Assembly (NCBI GenBank): GCA_964016885.1
Contig: OZ024741.1
Location: forward strand, 372,930,001 to 372,994,000
DNA length: 64,000 bases
Direction: 5' to 3'
Source of the DNA: Eledone cirrhosa
Taxonomy: Eukaryota
A program made the translations under genes and the position numbers. Position 1 is the stretch's first letter. Each line of letters begins with the position of its first letter. Under the pieces are notes generated by a model that was given only the letters and a program-made list of their open reading frames with translations, had not been told where the DNA came from and did no database searches. Shown here in pieces: positions 52,542 to 64,000 of this stretch.

Positions 52542-52938
52542 TCATCATCATCATCATCATCATCGTTTAACGTCCGTGTTCCATGCTTGCATGGGTTTGG
52601 ACGGGAGTTTTCCCACTTGAGGCAAGAGTGGTTGTCTTGCTCGCATAGGACTGTCTGGCGGGTTTTCTACAGTTGGATGCCCTTCCTAACACCAACCACA
52701 TTTACAGTGTGGGGCTGGGAGGTTTTTACCGTGTTGCCTACACGGCCACATTACAGCGTGGACTGTGTGTTTTTTTTGTCGTGACACCTACACGATCTCA
52801 TTTGTTTCGGCCTGGATTTTGTGGCACCAACATAACTTTACATTGAAAGGGGCGGTGTGGATGGGGTGGGGGTGGTGGGACGGGGGTGTATTTTGTTAGA
52901 GATGCCTACTGACTGTAGTAGGTTTTACTTTGTATTTA
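52542..52938 (-). mobile_element. RTE LINE 3'UTR-only copy, nearly identical to 47108-47499
   Basis: About 6 substitutions seen by eye over about 390 bp. (CAT)n tail at 52543-52564. Confidence 0.95.
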
Positions 52939-53943
52939 ACTTTGTAAATAACTTAATGTACAGATCTGGCTCTGTTGTCAACCATATAACTAGTTAACAA
53001 TGATAGTACAATCTCTACACTACAATCTCTGACCTACAAACAGTGTGTCATAACTGCATAACTCTACTTAATTCATCAGTACTACAATGACTTCCAACTG
53101 CTGCATTTTTACAACAACAAATTTACATACAATCTCCAATGCACTTCACCTCCAAGGCTCTGTTTAGACTAATTTCCCCCATCCTTTCTTCAAGAGTTTT
53201 CAGTAGATATTGATATATGAATGTTTAAGCTGAACACCAACAATATTTATCTGACCAGTACTGGATATCCTGCAAATTTGTGGGCACTGCCCCTTCCTTC
53301 TACATATGGCATTAAAACAACAACAAAAAAAAAACGTGGAAAAATAAGTGGAAAAGCTGACAAAAGAATGCATAGAAATGAGGGGTGAAGCGAAATATTT
53401 ATATGTTGAGCTGATACAATATCACGATGCATTAAATATATACAGTACTGTATGCACATGCAACCCATGCAAACATTGAGAAATGGAAATTAAAACATTG
53501 ATGATGATGATGATGATGATGACAATGATGGTGATGATGACAATGATGATGATGCTGACGATGATGATGATGATCAAGATGACAATGATGACGGTGATAA
53601 TGATGATGACGATGGTGATGATTATGGTGATGATGCTGACGGTGATGATGGAGATTGGTAATGATGGTGATGATGATGATGACAATAAAGACAACGATGA
53701 ATGATGGTGCTGATGCTGATGATGATAACCACAATGATGCATATGTAAACAAATAAATTGATAAAAATCCTTTCACAAACTACATTTTATGTAAAATACT
53801 AATGTTAGTGTGGACTAAATTAATTTAACACAACAGACACATTGAAAGTTAGAAAAAGGAAATGTATTAATAGGAGTCATGGTTATGCAGAACACAAGGT
53901 TATACTACAACACAAGGTTAAATGAAACATAAATATCTTATAC

Positions 53944-53964
53944 CTTGCCTCTCCAGTGTGATGT
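53944..53964 (-). CDS. Candidate 21-nt microexon of an unidentified host gene
   Basis: tttattttctctttctgtacAG|ACATCACACTGGAGAGGCAAG|GTataag. Length 3n, open in all frames, GC-richer than the AT-rich unique flanks. Confidence 0.45.
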
Positions 53965-55421
53965 CTGTACAGAAAGAGAAAATAAATTTCATGTAAGTAA
54001 AGAAACAACTTTTTATTTGAAAGAACGTTTTTTCCTGTGAATAATATGAAATTCTTCAAATAATATGAAATGTTAGAAATAGAAGAAAAGAAAAATATAG
54101 ACCTTTATATTTCTGAAATACACAGAAAAATGTAACAGTACAGAAAACTTCAGAAATATCTATTTATCATTTATCATTTGGCTGTGTCTACGTTTTCCTT
54201 CCAGAAATATTTCCACAATGAAATAAAATAAAACTTAATTGAATTTGAAAAATGTAAACACCTAAAGTGAAAGTAAAATAGATGAAAACCACTCAATTTT
54301 AGAAAACATATTTTACATTCTCAGTGTATTGTGATGAAATATATTCACTTATAAACATACATGACTTATATTCTCACTGTAGCAGTGATGTATTATTGGC
54401 AGTGCATGAGGGTGCAGCTGCTTTCCCCAAAACTTGTTTGAAAATTTAGTCATTTTTGACAGAAAATGATGGGGATCAGTATGCTTATGAACTGTAGTGT
54501 AATGAAATATATTAATTGATAAACATATATGTCTTTTTGTGAGTATCCAGTTTAAAATAGGTACATCATATCCCCGCAGAGCTATGGGAGGTGACTAAAA
54601 GTGTTGGTGTTAGGAAGGACATCTGGCTGTAAAACATTGACTCAAAATGTCCCACCCAACCTATGCCAGAATTGAAAAGTCAATATAAAAATGATGATGA
54701 TATTTTGCATTGTTTGAGAGGAGATAGGCACCTCCAACATTTCTAAGACCAATTAAAATGCCAAGATAGACACACAGTCAAATGTCAAGTGTGGCACCGC
54801 ATCTGGCTACACATGTTATGGGAACTTGATTGATTTTGATTTTGTTTGAAGGAAGGAACTTCTGTTCATAGCTGTCAGTCTCTTTTAGACTAGTGAGATC
54901 AATACCATGGATATTCTGCTTGGATAGTTGCAAGTCAACAGCTAGTGGTATGGGTGTTAGACTTACATTCATAATGTGGTTTTGATTCCTGCACTATGTT
55001 GTGTTCTTGAGCTAAAGACTTCATTGCATGGTGCTCCAGTATACTGGTATACTCCAGTATACTCAACCTTTAGAGGTGGGGTTGTTAACAGGGAGATGTT
55101 AGTGAGTGGGATGTTAATGGGTGGAGATGATAATGGAGGGAGGTGTTATTAGAGGAGGGGGATTAACAGATGGAGGTGTGCTTTATCTCTATTAGTAGAG
55201 TCAATGCAGGTTTGATGTAAGGAGTCTAGGTTTCAAATAGATGTCACGTGGGTATGAAAAGCTCGGGAGGAATGAAGGGTAGTATCACTTACATAGGAAT
55301 AGCATTGTTTAAGGTGACAGAAAATATGTGGTTGATATATAGCAAGGAAAATGTAAAGGATAAAATTGAACTCTGGAGTATACCAGAGTTGATAGAGTGT
55401 GGGTGAGACAGAACATGCTGT

Positions 55422-55762
55422 AATAGGTTTCTGATTTAGGTACAAGGCCAACAATTTTGGTGAGGGGAAAATCAATTAAATCGACCTCAGTATGTTACTG
55501 GTACTTTATTTTATTGACTCCATAAGGGTGAAAGGCAAAGCTAACCTCAGCAGGATTTGAAATCAGTACATAAAGGGCCACAACTGTATGCCACGAAGCA
55601 TGGAGCCTGACATCTACTGATACTGCCAATCCACTGCTGTAATAATGGTTTCTGATTTAGGCACATGGCCAACAATTTGGGTGGAGGGGAAAGTCGATTA
55701 AATTGACCCCAGTGTATTACTGGTACTTTATTTTATCGATCCCGTAAGGATGAAAGGCAAAA
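55422..55762 (-). mobile_element. Two tandem SINE family A long-form copies (second truncated)
   Basis: Two ggtttctgatttagg.aca.ggccaacaattt..ctggtactttatttta units separated by ctgtaata. A similar truncated pair lies at 62283-62590. Confidence 0.85.
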
Positions 55763-58318
55763 TAATGTCATCTGATCTGACAGGAAGTTGCAGTGACAAG
55801 AGACAAGCAACAGATATACAAATACCAATGTTTTAGTCATTGTACTGGTCACTTGGACATTAAAATGCTGTTTTCCTCCACACAATTAAAATGGGTAGAT
55901 GCTGTTTGAGGAAGGAGCCCTGTGAGGTGGAGTAGCTGATGCTGCAGGTATCAGTGAGTCATTAAATAGTGTGGTTTGTCCATTTGGATATTTCTTATAG
56001 ATAAAATTAATGTTCACAGAGGCAATGTTGGGTGTTGACTAGAGCTTATTTCCATGCACCCTTATCTGGGATAAATGTTTCAATACCAGAAACATTTCTC
56101 TGAATAACAGAATATGCAGATAGACAGTTTAAAAAAGGAATAATTATGACTTAAAAACCTAAAGTGTGCTCAAACATCACTACTCCAATAATACAGGCAT
56201 GGACAGTGTGAGTTGGAGTGCTCTCTGGTATGACCCTAGACAATGGTTGCCTTGTGGGCCCTGTGGACAGAATAAATTCGACATAATAATATTTTTTTAA
56301 TTCACAACAACAATTTTAGCTGGTTTGGTTAAAGTACATTCAGGACAATAACTATGTGTTCTCAGAATCTATAACTTATTTGTTTTCTATAAACAAAAGA
56401 TTGTAAAACCATTTGTTTCAAGAATACATATAAATGCCAAATAAATTCTAGTACATTCTTAAACAATAAAAGATTGTGCAGGTCAAATAACTTTCTAATA
56501 GCAGTGGTGCTTTCTCCCATAATGCATGAGATAATTCCATCAAATTTCATTAAGTGACATAGAATATTTATAGAACAATAGAGTTTTGTATATATACATC
56601 TTGAACTATTCAATAAGTAAATTGCATAAAGATGATATTGTTATATATAGCTGAAATACACAATAGAAAATATTTTAGAGAAATGAAATGCCATAGATAG
56701 GTGAGAGGGAAGAATGAAGAACAGACTGAACAGTAAAAAGAAATACTTTATTATATTATTCTGGAAACAATAACATAAACCATGATCACAAATGTTGTTG
56801 TAGGCGTCAAGCACAATCATTGACATTGTGATAATGTTTTCAAATGGTGGCCTATCACCTATTACAGAGCTACTAACATTAATACAAAATGAAACAAATA
56901 GCTTATAAAGTGTTATGCACACACATATATAAAATAAATAGTTCATTTAAACTAAATTTCTCTCTCATGATTTTTCATGTTAGCTATCATCTAACATCAG
57001 GTGAGAACTATAAGGTATGAAACTTGAGTAGAGAGAGAAGAAATCAGTTTAGATAAATCATATACTGTACACCATATATTGAGTACTTTCTTCTTCCTTC
57101 ATTAATAAACAGTAACTTTTCAACAAATTATATCATATCTATGTAAATATGAGAATGTTTACTCTGGCATAACAGTTAATTTGTCATGCCATCGTGAAGT
57201 GAATGAACTGTTTAGTTTATGATGCCTGGGTATTCAAATTTCTCAAGTACTTTCCATAAGGTGGATCTTGGCATGGTGTTAAAGACTTTAACCGAATGAT
57301 AAAACATGAGAAACATCAGTTTCTATTATTCCTTTGTCTTTTGTAACCAGATTTCTAATGAAATACACTACCTATATGTTTCAAATACTTAAAAAAAATT
57401 TTTTTTTTTCAAATTGGAGAAATTTAATAAAATAACAACCATCTTCATTAGTAAGCTGCTATTTGAAACATCATTAAAAAATAATGTCTGTGAAGGAAGC
57501 TTTTAATATAAATATGAACACTTTAAAATGGGCAGTTTTTATATCATAAAACCAGGGCCAGTTTCAGGCAGGTTGGTATCAAAAGAGTTAAAGTTGTCTA
57601 GCAACGAAAATCATGTTAGTTGTGCTTCAGTGAAAATGGAAACCATATTGAGACTCTGGCAGACTTTGTCTAGAGGGTTGATCATTGAGACTTTAGCAGA
57701 CATTGTCTAGATGGTTGATTAAGCTGACTCAGCAGTATTTCAGACAATACTATTCAGTAAGTTGTTGAAGTATTCAGTAAAATGTTTAAGATATTACTTT
57801 ATTATCTGTCAAAATACTGCCATCTTTAGCTTTGATAGCAGCCAGTTCATAGATAATTATATTCACCTGCAATCATTTTACATGAAACAACACCGACCAG
57901 ACATGACAGTTTTCAGATACTCTCAGCTCTAGAATAAGTGCTCCCCGCTCCGATTATTAGTTTTTCAGATTCCACCCACTACACAGACACTCTTATTCTA
58001 AACCCCCCACTTATTAAATTTTCTAATTTATCTCCAGTGAAATTTTATTTTAAGTGGTAGCATTCCTTTGACAATTAATTTTCTTTAGACATTAAAAAAT
58101 GTTATACATTGTACATGACAAAAAAGAAGAACATTACAAGAAATCTCATACGTTATCAAATAAATAGAATGGTTGGGGGTCACAATATGTAAATTAAACG
58201 ACTAAAGGGAGACAGACTAGAAAAATTATCGAGTAAGCATGATAGGGTAAAATTGTTATGAATGTTTTAAAGTTTTTATCATAACAAAATTAATAAAAAT
58301 GTCAAATTTCTACAAATA

Positions 58319-58504
58319 ATTGTTTCTACTTTAGGCACAAGGCCAGCAATTACCCAGTGCATTATTGGTACTTTATTTTATCGACCCCGTAACGATGAAA
58401 GGCAAAGTCAACCTCGGCGGGATTTGAACTCAGATCGTAAAGGGACGTAACTATGCTGGAAAGCATGGTGTCCGACCCTCTACCGATACTGCCAATCCAC
58501 CGCC
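58319..58504 (-). mobile_element. Young SINE family A short form with an 18-bp TSD
   Basis: Full-length copy flanked by caaatttctacaaataat (left) and caaatttctataaataat (right). Confidence 0.92.
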
Positions 58505-60430
58505 AAATTTCTATAAATAATGTAAGTAAATTCCAACTGCAGTTTAGTTTATTTAATAGTCTATTGTTTTATTTGTCAAGATTAGATCAAATGTTAAAAA
58601 ATAAATGCCTCCTCAGTAACAATATTCACACCTTCACTCTTCAACATAATGTATTTTAGCATTTGTTTTAGCAATATTAGAAAGTAGAGAAATGACAGAA
58701 GTGGTAGAATGCTTGATGGATAAATTGAATTAAATTTGATCAAAACTTTAAATTCTAGTTATGAAGATTAAATGTCATGTTTGGTTTTATTAAATGTGAC
58801 ATTGAAGATAGTTTGCATATGGCCATCATCATCATCATTTAATGTTCATTTTCCTTATTAGGAAAGGTTTCACAATTGTCACAGACCAAGCTAGTCCTTA
58901 ATTGGAGTCACTGATCTCTTGTATGGGCTGAGAACCACCTCATTTACATATGTCTCTGCACTCTTCAGACTGAGAAATGGTATGCAATCATGGAACCAGC
59001 ACTAGGAAGGCTGTCATATTTTTGACATAGTTGAAGAGTTCTCTACTCTTTGTTTGGCAAGTTTTCTATGGCTAGATAGCTTTCCGATCACCAACTACAT
59101 AACAGAGTGTACTGGGTGCATTTTATCATGTCATTGACACTAGAGGTTTATTGTGCTCGTAATACACTGTAGAGTCCTTCCACTTTTCATATAAATTTCC
59201 CACATGTCTTAATTCCACAATGAACACTTGATATTTAATACAAAATATGTCAAGTGTCCATCCTATGAACTAAAGCTATCATTTCAGAACACAGAGAACA
59301 TGATTCTAATTACTGAACCAACCCAGGAGAAATCTGGACCTTCAAAGATGGGGCTTAGCATTAATATATCTGAATAATACTAAAGTTTCATCTTTTTTAC
59401 TAGACACTCAAATTCTAACAGAAGAAATAGTTTTATACTTCATCAAGCAGCTTGGCCAAATGATTAAGAAGTTTACTTCACAATGGTTAGGATGCTTGAT
59501 GTAGGATCATAATGTTGTCAGTTCGATTCCTGGACAGGCTGTTGGGTAGTGTTCTTGAGCAAAACACTTTATTTCACGTTGCTCCAGTACACTCAACTGA
59601 GAGTGAGTACCAGCAGTTTGCTGGAGAGTTAATCCTATGATAGACTGGTATCCTATCCCTGGAGAGTCTTGTATTCTCAGTTGATTAACGGCAAGAAAAC
59701 CACGAATAAGCACTGGCTTTATGAACCTTCAACTTAGAACAGACTAATAAATAAAAAAAGTAAATTCACAATCATTAGACTGTGTGACATCTTGGGTAAG
59801 TGATATTTACCAAAGCCTGAGCATGAGAAAGCCAAGACAAACAACAGAAGTAATAGGAGTGAGGTTTCAGAAGAGTGAATACATATGAACCCATAACTCT
59901 TTGTGGATTTGTAGAGGTGCTATAGAGACATACAGAATATCTAGGACACTTTAAATATATCTGCTTTCTAGGGTTGAACATAGCTGATTTTTTCCAGAAA
60001 AGGAGAGAAAGAATGAGAGAGAGGAAGTGAGAAAAAAGATATAAAGGAAGAATCCACTTCTTTACTGGACTGGTACATTTTTTTTTTTATTAATGTTGAA
60101 AGGATGAAAAACAAAGTTGACCATGGCGGGATTTGAACTCAAAGAGTGTAGAAAGCCAGAACAAATACTGCAAAGCATTCTGTCCAATGTTCTAATGACT
60201 CTGCCAATTCACCGCCCCATAGAGTGAATAAATGATATAAGTGATAGAGCAAAAATAAAAAAAATAAAAAAATCCCCAAAGAATAAAAGCAGGAAATAAA
60301 CTAAAGTGACTTGTTGTTAGTAAGAAGCAGAGTGTTTATGGACACACTTCAAAAGATGTAAGATTAACATATTTAATGTAAACTTCACCAAGTTATACAT
60401 TTTTTCCATTTTTTGTTAGAGGAAACCTAC

Positions 60431-60548
60431 CATATATACTTGTTTGTATATAAACCAAGAAAGATGTGACAAGAAAATCGATGGCAAAATGGAGGAATCG
60501 GCTTCCATAAAAGATCAATATTTTGAGAATCTTCATCAGCTTCAAATT
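60431..60548 (-). other. Weak candidate coding exon (118 nt)
   Basis: ttatttatgtAG|AA TTT GAA GCT GAT..TG|GTAGGT with one open frame FEADEDSQNIDLLWKPIPPFCHRFSCHIFLGLYTNKYI. No recognised homology. Confidence 0.2.
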
Positions 60549-62762
60549 CTACATAAATAAGATGCTAAAATATATGGAGTGATGATTTTATAATGGAACA
60601 CTGTTTTTCTACATTTACCACATTGTCATTAGTGTTATTTATGCACTTCCTTGAAAATATTTCCAACAAATTATTATACTTTGAATATTTTATTACATAA
60701 ATATCCCCTACACATACATGGAGGCACATGTACACGCACATACATGCACACACATACATGCATGCACATGCATACACACATACATGGACATACGTGCCAA
60801 CTGTTTTTCTCTGATTAAATAATATTTTTTCTTTCAATCTTATGTAAGATTGAAATCTTACTTCTGATTTGTGTTTTATTGCTTTCATTCTCTCTCCCTT
60901 CTTGCTGTCCATCCCTCCCTCTTCTACACTAAGAATCCCTATACAAAGTTCTCTTATTCTACCTCTGCATGAGAATGGCCAGAAGTAAACAAAAATTTGA
61001 GAAACTTGTTGAAACTATAAAACAGATAAAATGGTAAAAAAGCATTACATAATGGAATTGTGCAGAAAAAAATCTTTGGCATTCACATTACTCTATATTT
61101 ACTATTGTAGTTTCGCAGTAAAGGCTTTACATCACATGATTATCTCACATAATATAGAATCTACAAGATTTTAATGTTATTTATTTTGAGAACATTACCT
61201 GAAAGTCAGTATGAGTGGCCAGTTACAGTCAATTTGAACAGAAAGAGGTGAGAGACTTCTGGCCAGATATGGCCAGTTTAAATGCTAAAGGGCTAAATGA
61301 CGCTTAAAACATTTTAAACATCAAAATATTAAAGCCTCATAATATATCTTATACTCATGAGAATTTCAAAACCACACAATCTAAGCATAACGTGTTGATT
61401 AGCTGCCTTAGTTTATAATAGGGTTTGGATTTTTGCCCAAATCTCAGACATAAAATAGGAGAGAGGTGGTCGGCTTATATTTGAGTCTATATGATACTAT
61501 AAGCAATGAATTGGCAGAATTATTAGAACATTGGCTACAATGATTTTCAGAATTCATTCCAGCTTTCTGCACACTCTGACCTCAAATTCCACCAAGGTCA
61601 TCTTTGTGGTTCATGCTTTCGAGGCCGATAAAAAAGTACCAGTCCAGTACTTAAGTGGTTTCTTTTTCAATATCTCTTTCTCACTTCCCCACCCTCCTTC
61701 TCTATAAGAAATTAGCTGTGCTCAAACCTAGAGATGGATGGGCTCCACCAGGTTTAAAATGTCCAAGACACTCTGTTTATCACTATTGCGTCCGAGCAAC
61801 TCCATTAGGATTTACAACTCCATACATATATACAACTATATATAATTAACTATATATAATGTGTGAATGTGTACATTCAGTATAAATTGATCTCAACAAT
61901 TTCTTAAAAGTATTTGTTATTAAACACATGACTGACACCTTTTTACTGGCTTTTTGACATGATTTACTTATTTGTAAAGCTTATGTTTTATTATTGTACT
62001 GCTTTATTTTTTATTGTTTTTTTGTCTGGCAGAGGAAGGGATATTCCCATAGCCTTTGCAGTCACTCCATACCCAGCACTATTCATGTGATTAATGTTAC
62101 TTCTGCAGTTATTACACTGCTCATTCAAAACGTTTTCTAAGTGGAAATTTTATTGTATAAATATTATTTATTATTTTGGTTTATATTTCAATAATAATCT
62201 TTATTTCCTAAACATTTTGTTACAATTTATTCATATATAAGGCAATAAATAAGATATAAAGACACATTGGTAAACATACCAATAGTGATTTCTAATTTAG
62301 TCACAAGGCCAGAAAATTGTGTGGAAAGGGCAAAGTTGACTAAATCAATCCAAGAGTTTTATTGATACTTTATTTCATTGACCTCAGAACAATGAAAATC
62401 AAAATTGACCTCTGCAGTATTTGAACATACAAATATACTAATATTGATTTCTAACTTATGAACAAAGCCAGCAAATTTTAGAAAGGCAAAGTTGATTAAA
62501 TCAACCCTAGTACTTTACTGGTACATTATTTTATTGACCCTGGAAGGATGCAAATCAAAGTGGACCTCTGCAGTATTTGAACACACAAATATACTAAAAT
62601 TAAAAGCAAAAACCACTTGAAGAATACTTTAAACAACAAACAGCACATCCCTTATTCAAAAGCTAGAATAGACGAATAAGATACAAAAATTACTCTAGAT
62701 ATTGAAAAACCTCACAAGAATAATCAATATTGTAATTTAAAATGTAGTTGATCCAAATGTAA

Positions 62763-62917
62763 ATGACTGCAGTAATAGTTGAAAATCAGGTGAAATATTC
62801 CTAGAGATGAAAAAGTGAACAGAAGCACCATCAAGTTTTTTCTATCTCAATGGGTACTTTACTTGATCCAGGGATACTTTACCTGATTTTTCAATGATCC
62901 ACTATTACTGTAGTCAT
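62763..62917. mobile_element. Degenerate inverted-repeat MITE
   Basis: atgactgcagtaatagt-tgaaaatcaggtgaaatattcct mirrored by agggatactttacctgatttttca..actattactgtagtcat. Confidence 0.7.
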
Positions 62918-64000
62918 CAGCATGATTAAAATTTCTCCAATGCTTCTTAACTCAACTGCATGTTTACAATCAATATGTATTTGCATTTACTTGTCGATAC
63001 ATACAATTGTCAATCTTCTAATCTACCCTACACAGATGAAATACTTACAAGCATTAACTTAATGTCCTGCACCAAATAGTGCATTGATAAGACATTCTTG
63101 AAATGTACATAACATTATGAATGTATCACATTAAATATTTGAAAGTCTTTACTTTAGTTTACTGCAAATTTTCACAATGATATGTCAACTAGTAAATACA
63201 CTAACTATTAACATTTGAACAAACAAGCCTGTTTTTAGATATTTCTGATAATCCTCATGTGACGTTAAGGGTTAATAAATGATTTATAATGTATCTTCAA
63301 TATGGTTCACCATAAACATACTTGTTTGTTTTGAAAGTTTTTAATAGCATTTAGTAGTGATTTTGTAGTTAATCTGTTGTGTAAGTTGTTGGATTCTGAT
63401 TGTACTGTGTGTGTTTTTACTATTGAGTTGAAAGTGTCTCACATAGAATTAATGGTGTACTTACTATGAACATTTTAAATGATTTCCCATAAACATACTT
63501 TTTACATTTCAGAATTGAACATGTTTGGTGAGTGGCGGAGTTGATCTGAGACCATGTGTTGAAAGTAAAACAATTACTGAATGAAAGAGTCATTTTAGAC
63601 ATTTAAAAACGCACAAACTCTTAACTTTACTTTATATATTTTCACATTTATTTCCTAGCAAGAAAATTTTCTTTCAACCAGGTTACAAACTATACGACAA
63701 ACATTTTGACATTAGGAAATATATGATATATATTTATTTTGCAAGGTTTTTGATATGAAACCATATGTTGAAACAGATATTGTTATATTTGGGGAGGGTC
63801 GTGTTCTAATATTACCAGAAACTCAGTCTGGTTTGGTTTTTGCTTCAGTATATTCTTATATTTCTATAAATAATTTAGCTGACAATCAATGATAAACATT
63901 GATTGACCAACAGTTAAAAATATAAATATAGTTTTTCAAAGTTTTTTTGTCACACATATCTGTAACATCTTTAATGATTTTTGTGTTTCTCCCGTTGTGT

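Noticed and set aside
57915-58310. Possible DNA-transposon end (tactctcagctctagaataagtg...)
   Set aside because: No matching opposite TIR or TSD was found in the window.
63049-63066. Possible 18-nt minus-strand microexon (GACATTAAGTTAATGCTT|GTAAGT)
   Set aside because: Good donor, but the acceptor lacks a polypyrimidine tract.

Overview
Eukaryotic, AT-rich, repeat-dense genomic DNA with no intact protein-coding ORF, RNA gene or CRISPR array. The repeat content resembles, from memory, an octopod cephalopod genome (inference, not database-checked): a tRNA-head SINE with the core GCCTTTCATCCTTACGGGGTCGATAAAATAAAGTACCAG, CORE-like SINEs, RTE LINEs with (GAT)n tails, and long (TA)n and (CAT)n tracts. 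The window looks intronic or intergenic. Retroelements: a 5'-truncated CR1-type LINE (2836-5286, -) nested in a TTAA MITE, a young truncated RTE LINE (45338-47499, +) with several older RTE relics, a CRE-like RLE retrotransposon fragment, a Penelope-like relic, a solo LTR with a 5-bp TSD, and dozens of SINEs, many in head-to-tail arrays. DNA elements: a non-autonomous Helitron, piggyBac-like TTAA MITEs, Tc1/mariner/pogo-type MITEs and fold-back elements. The main non-TE signal is a pair of similar 21-nt candidate microexons on the - strand about 30 kb apart (23942-23962, 53944-53964), suggesting the window lies inside a large unidentified minus-strand gene. Coordinates of degenerate repeats are approximate.
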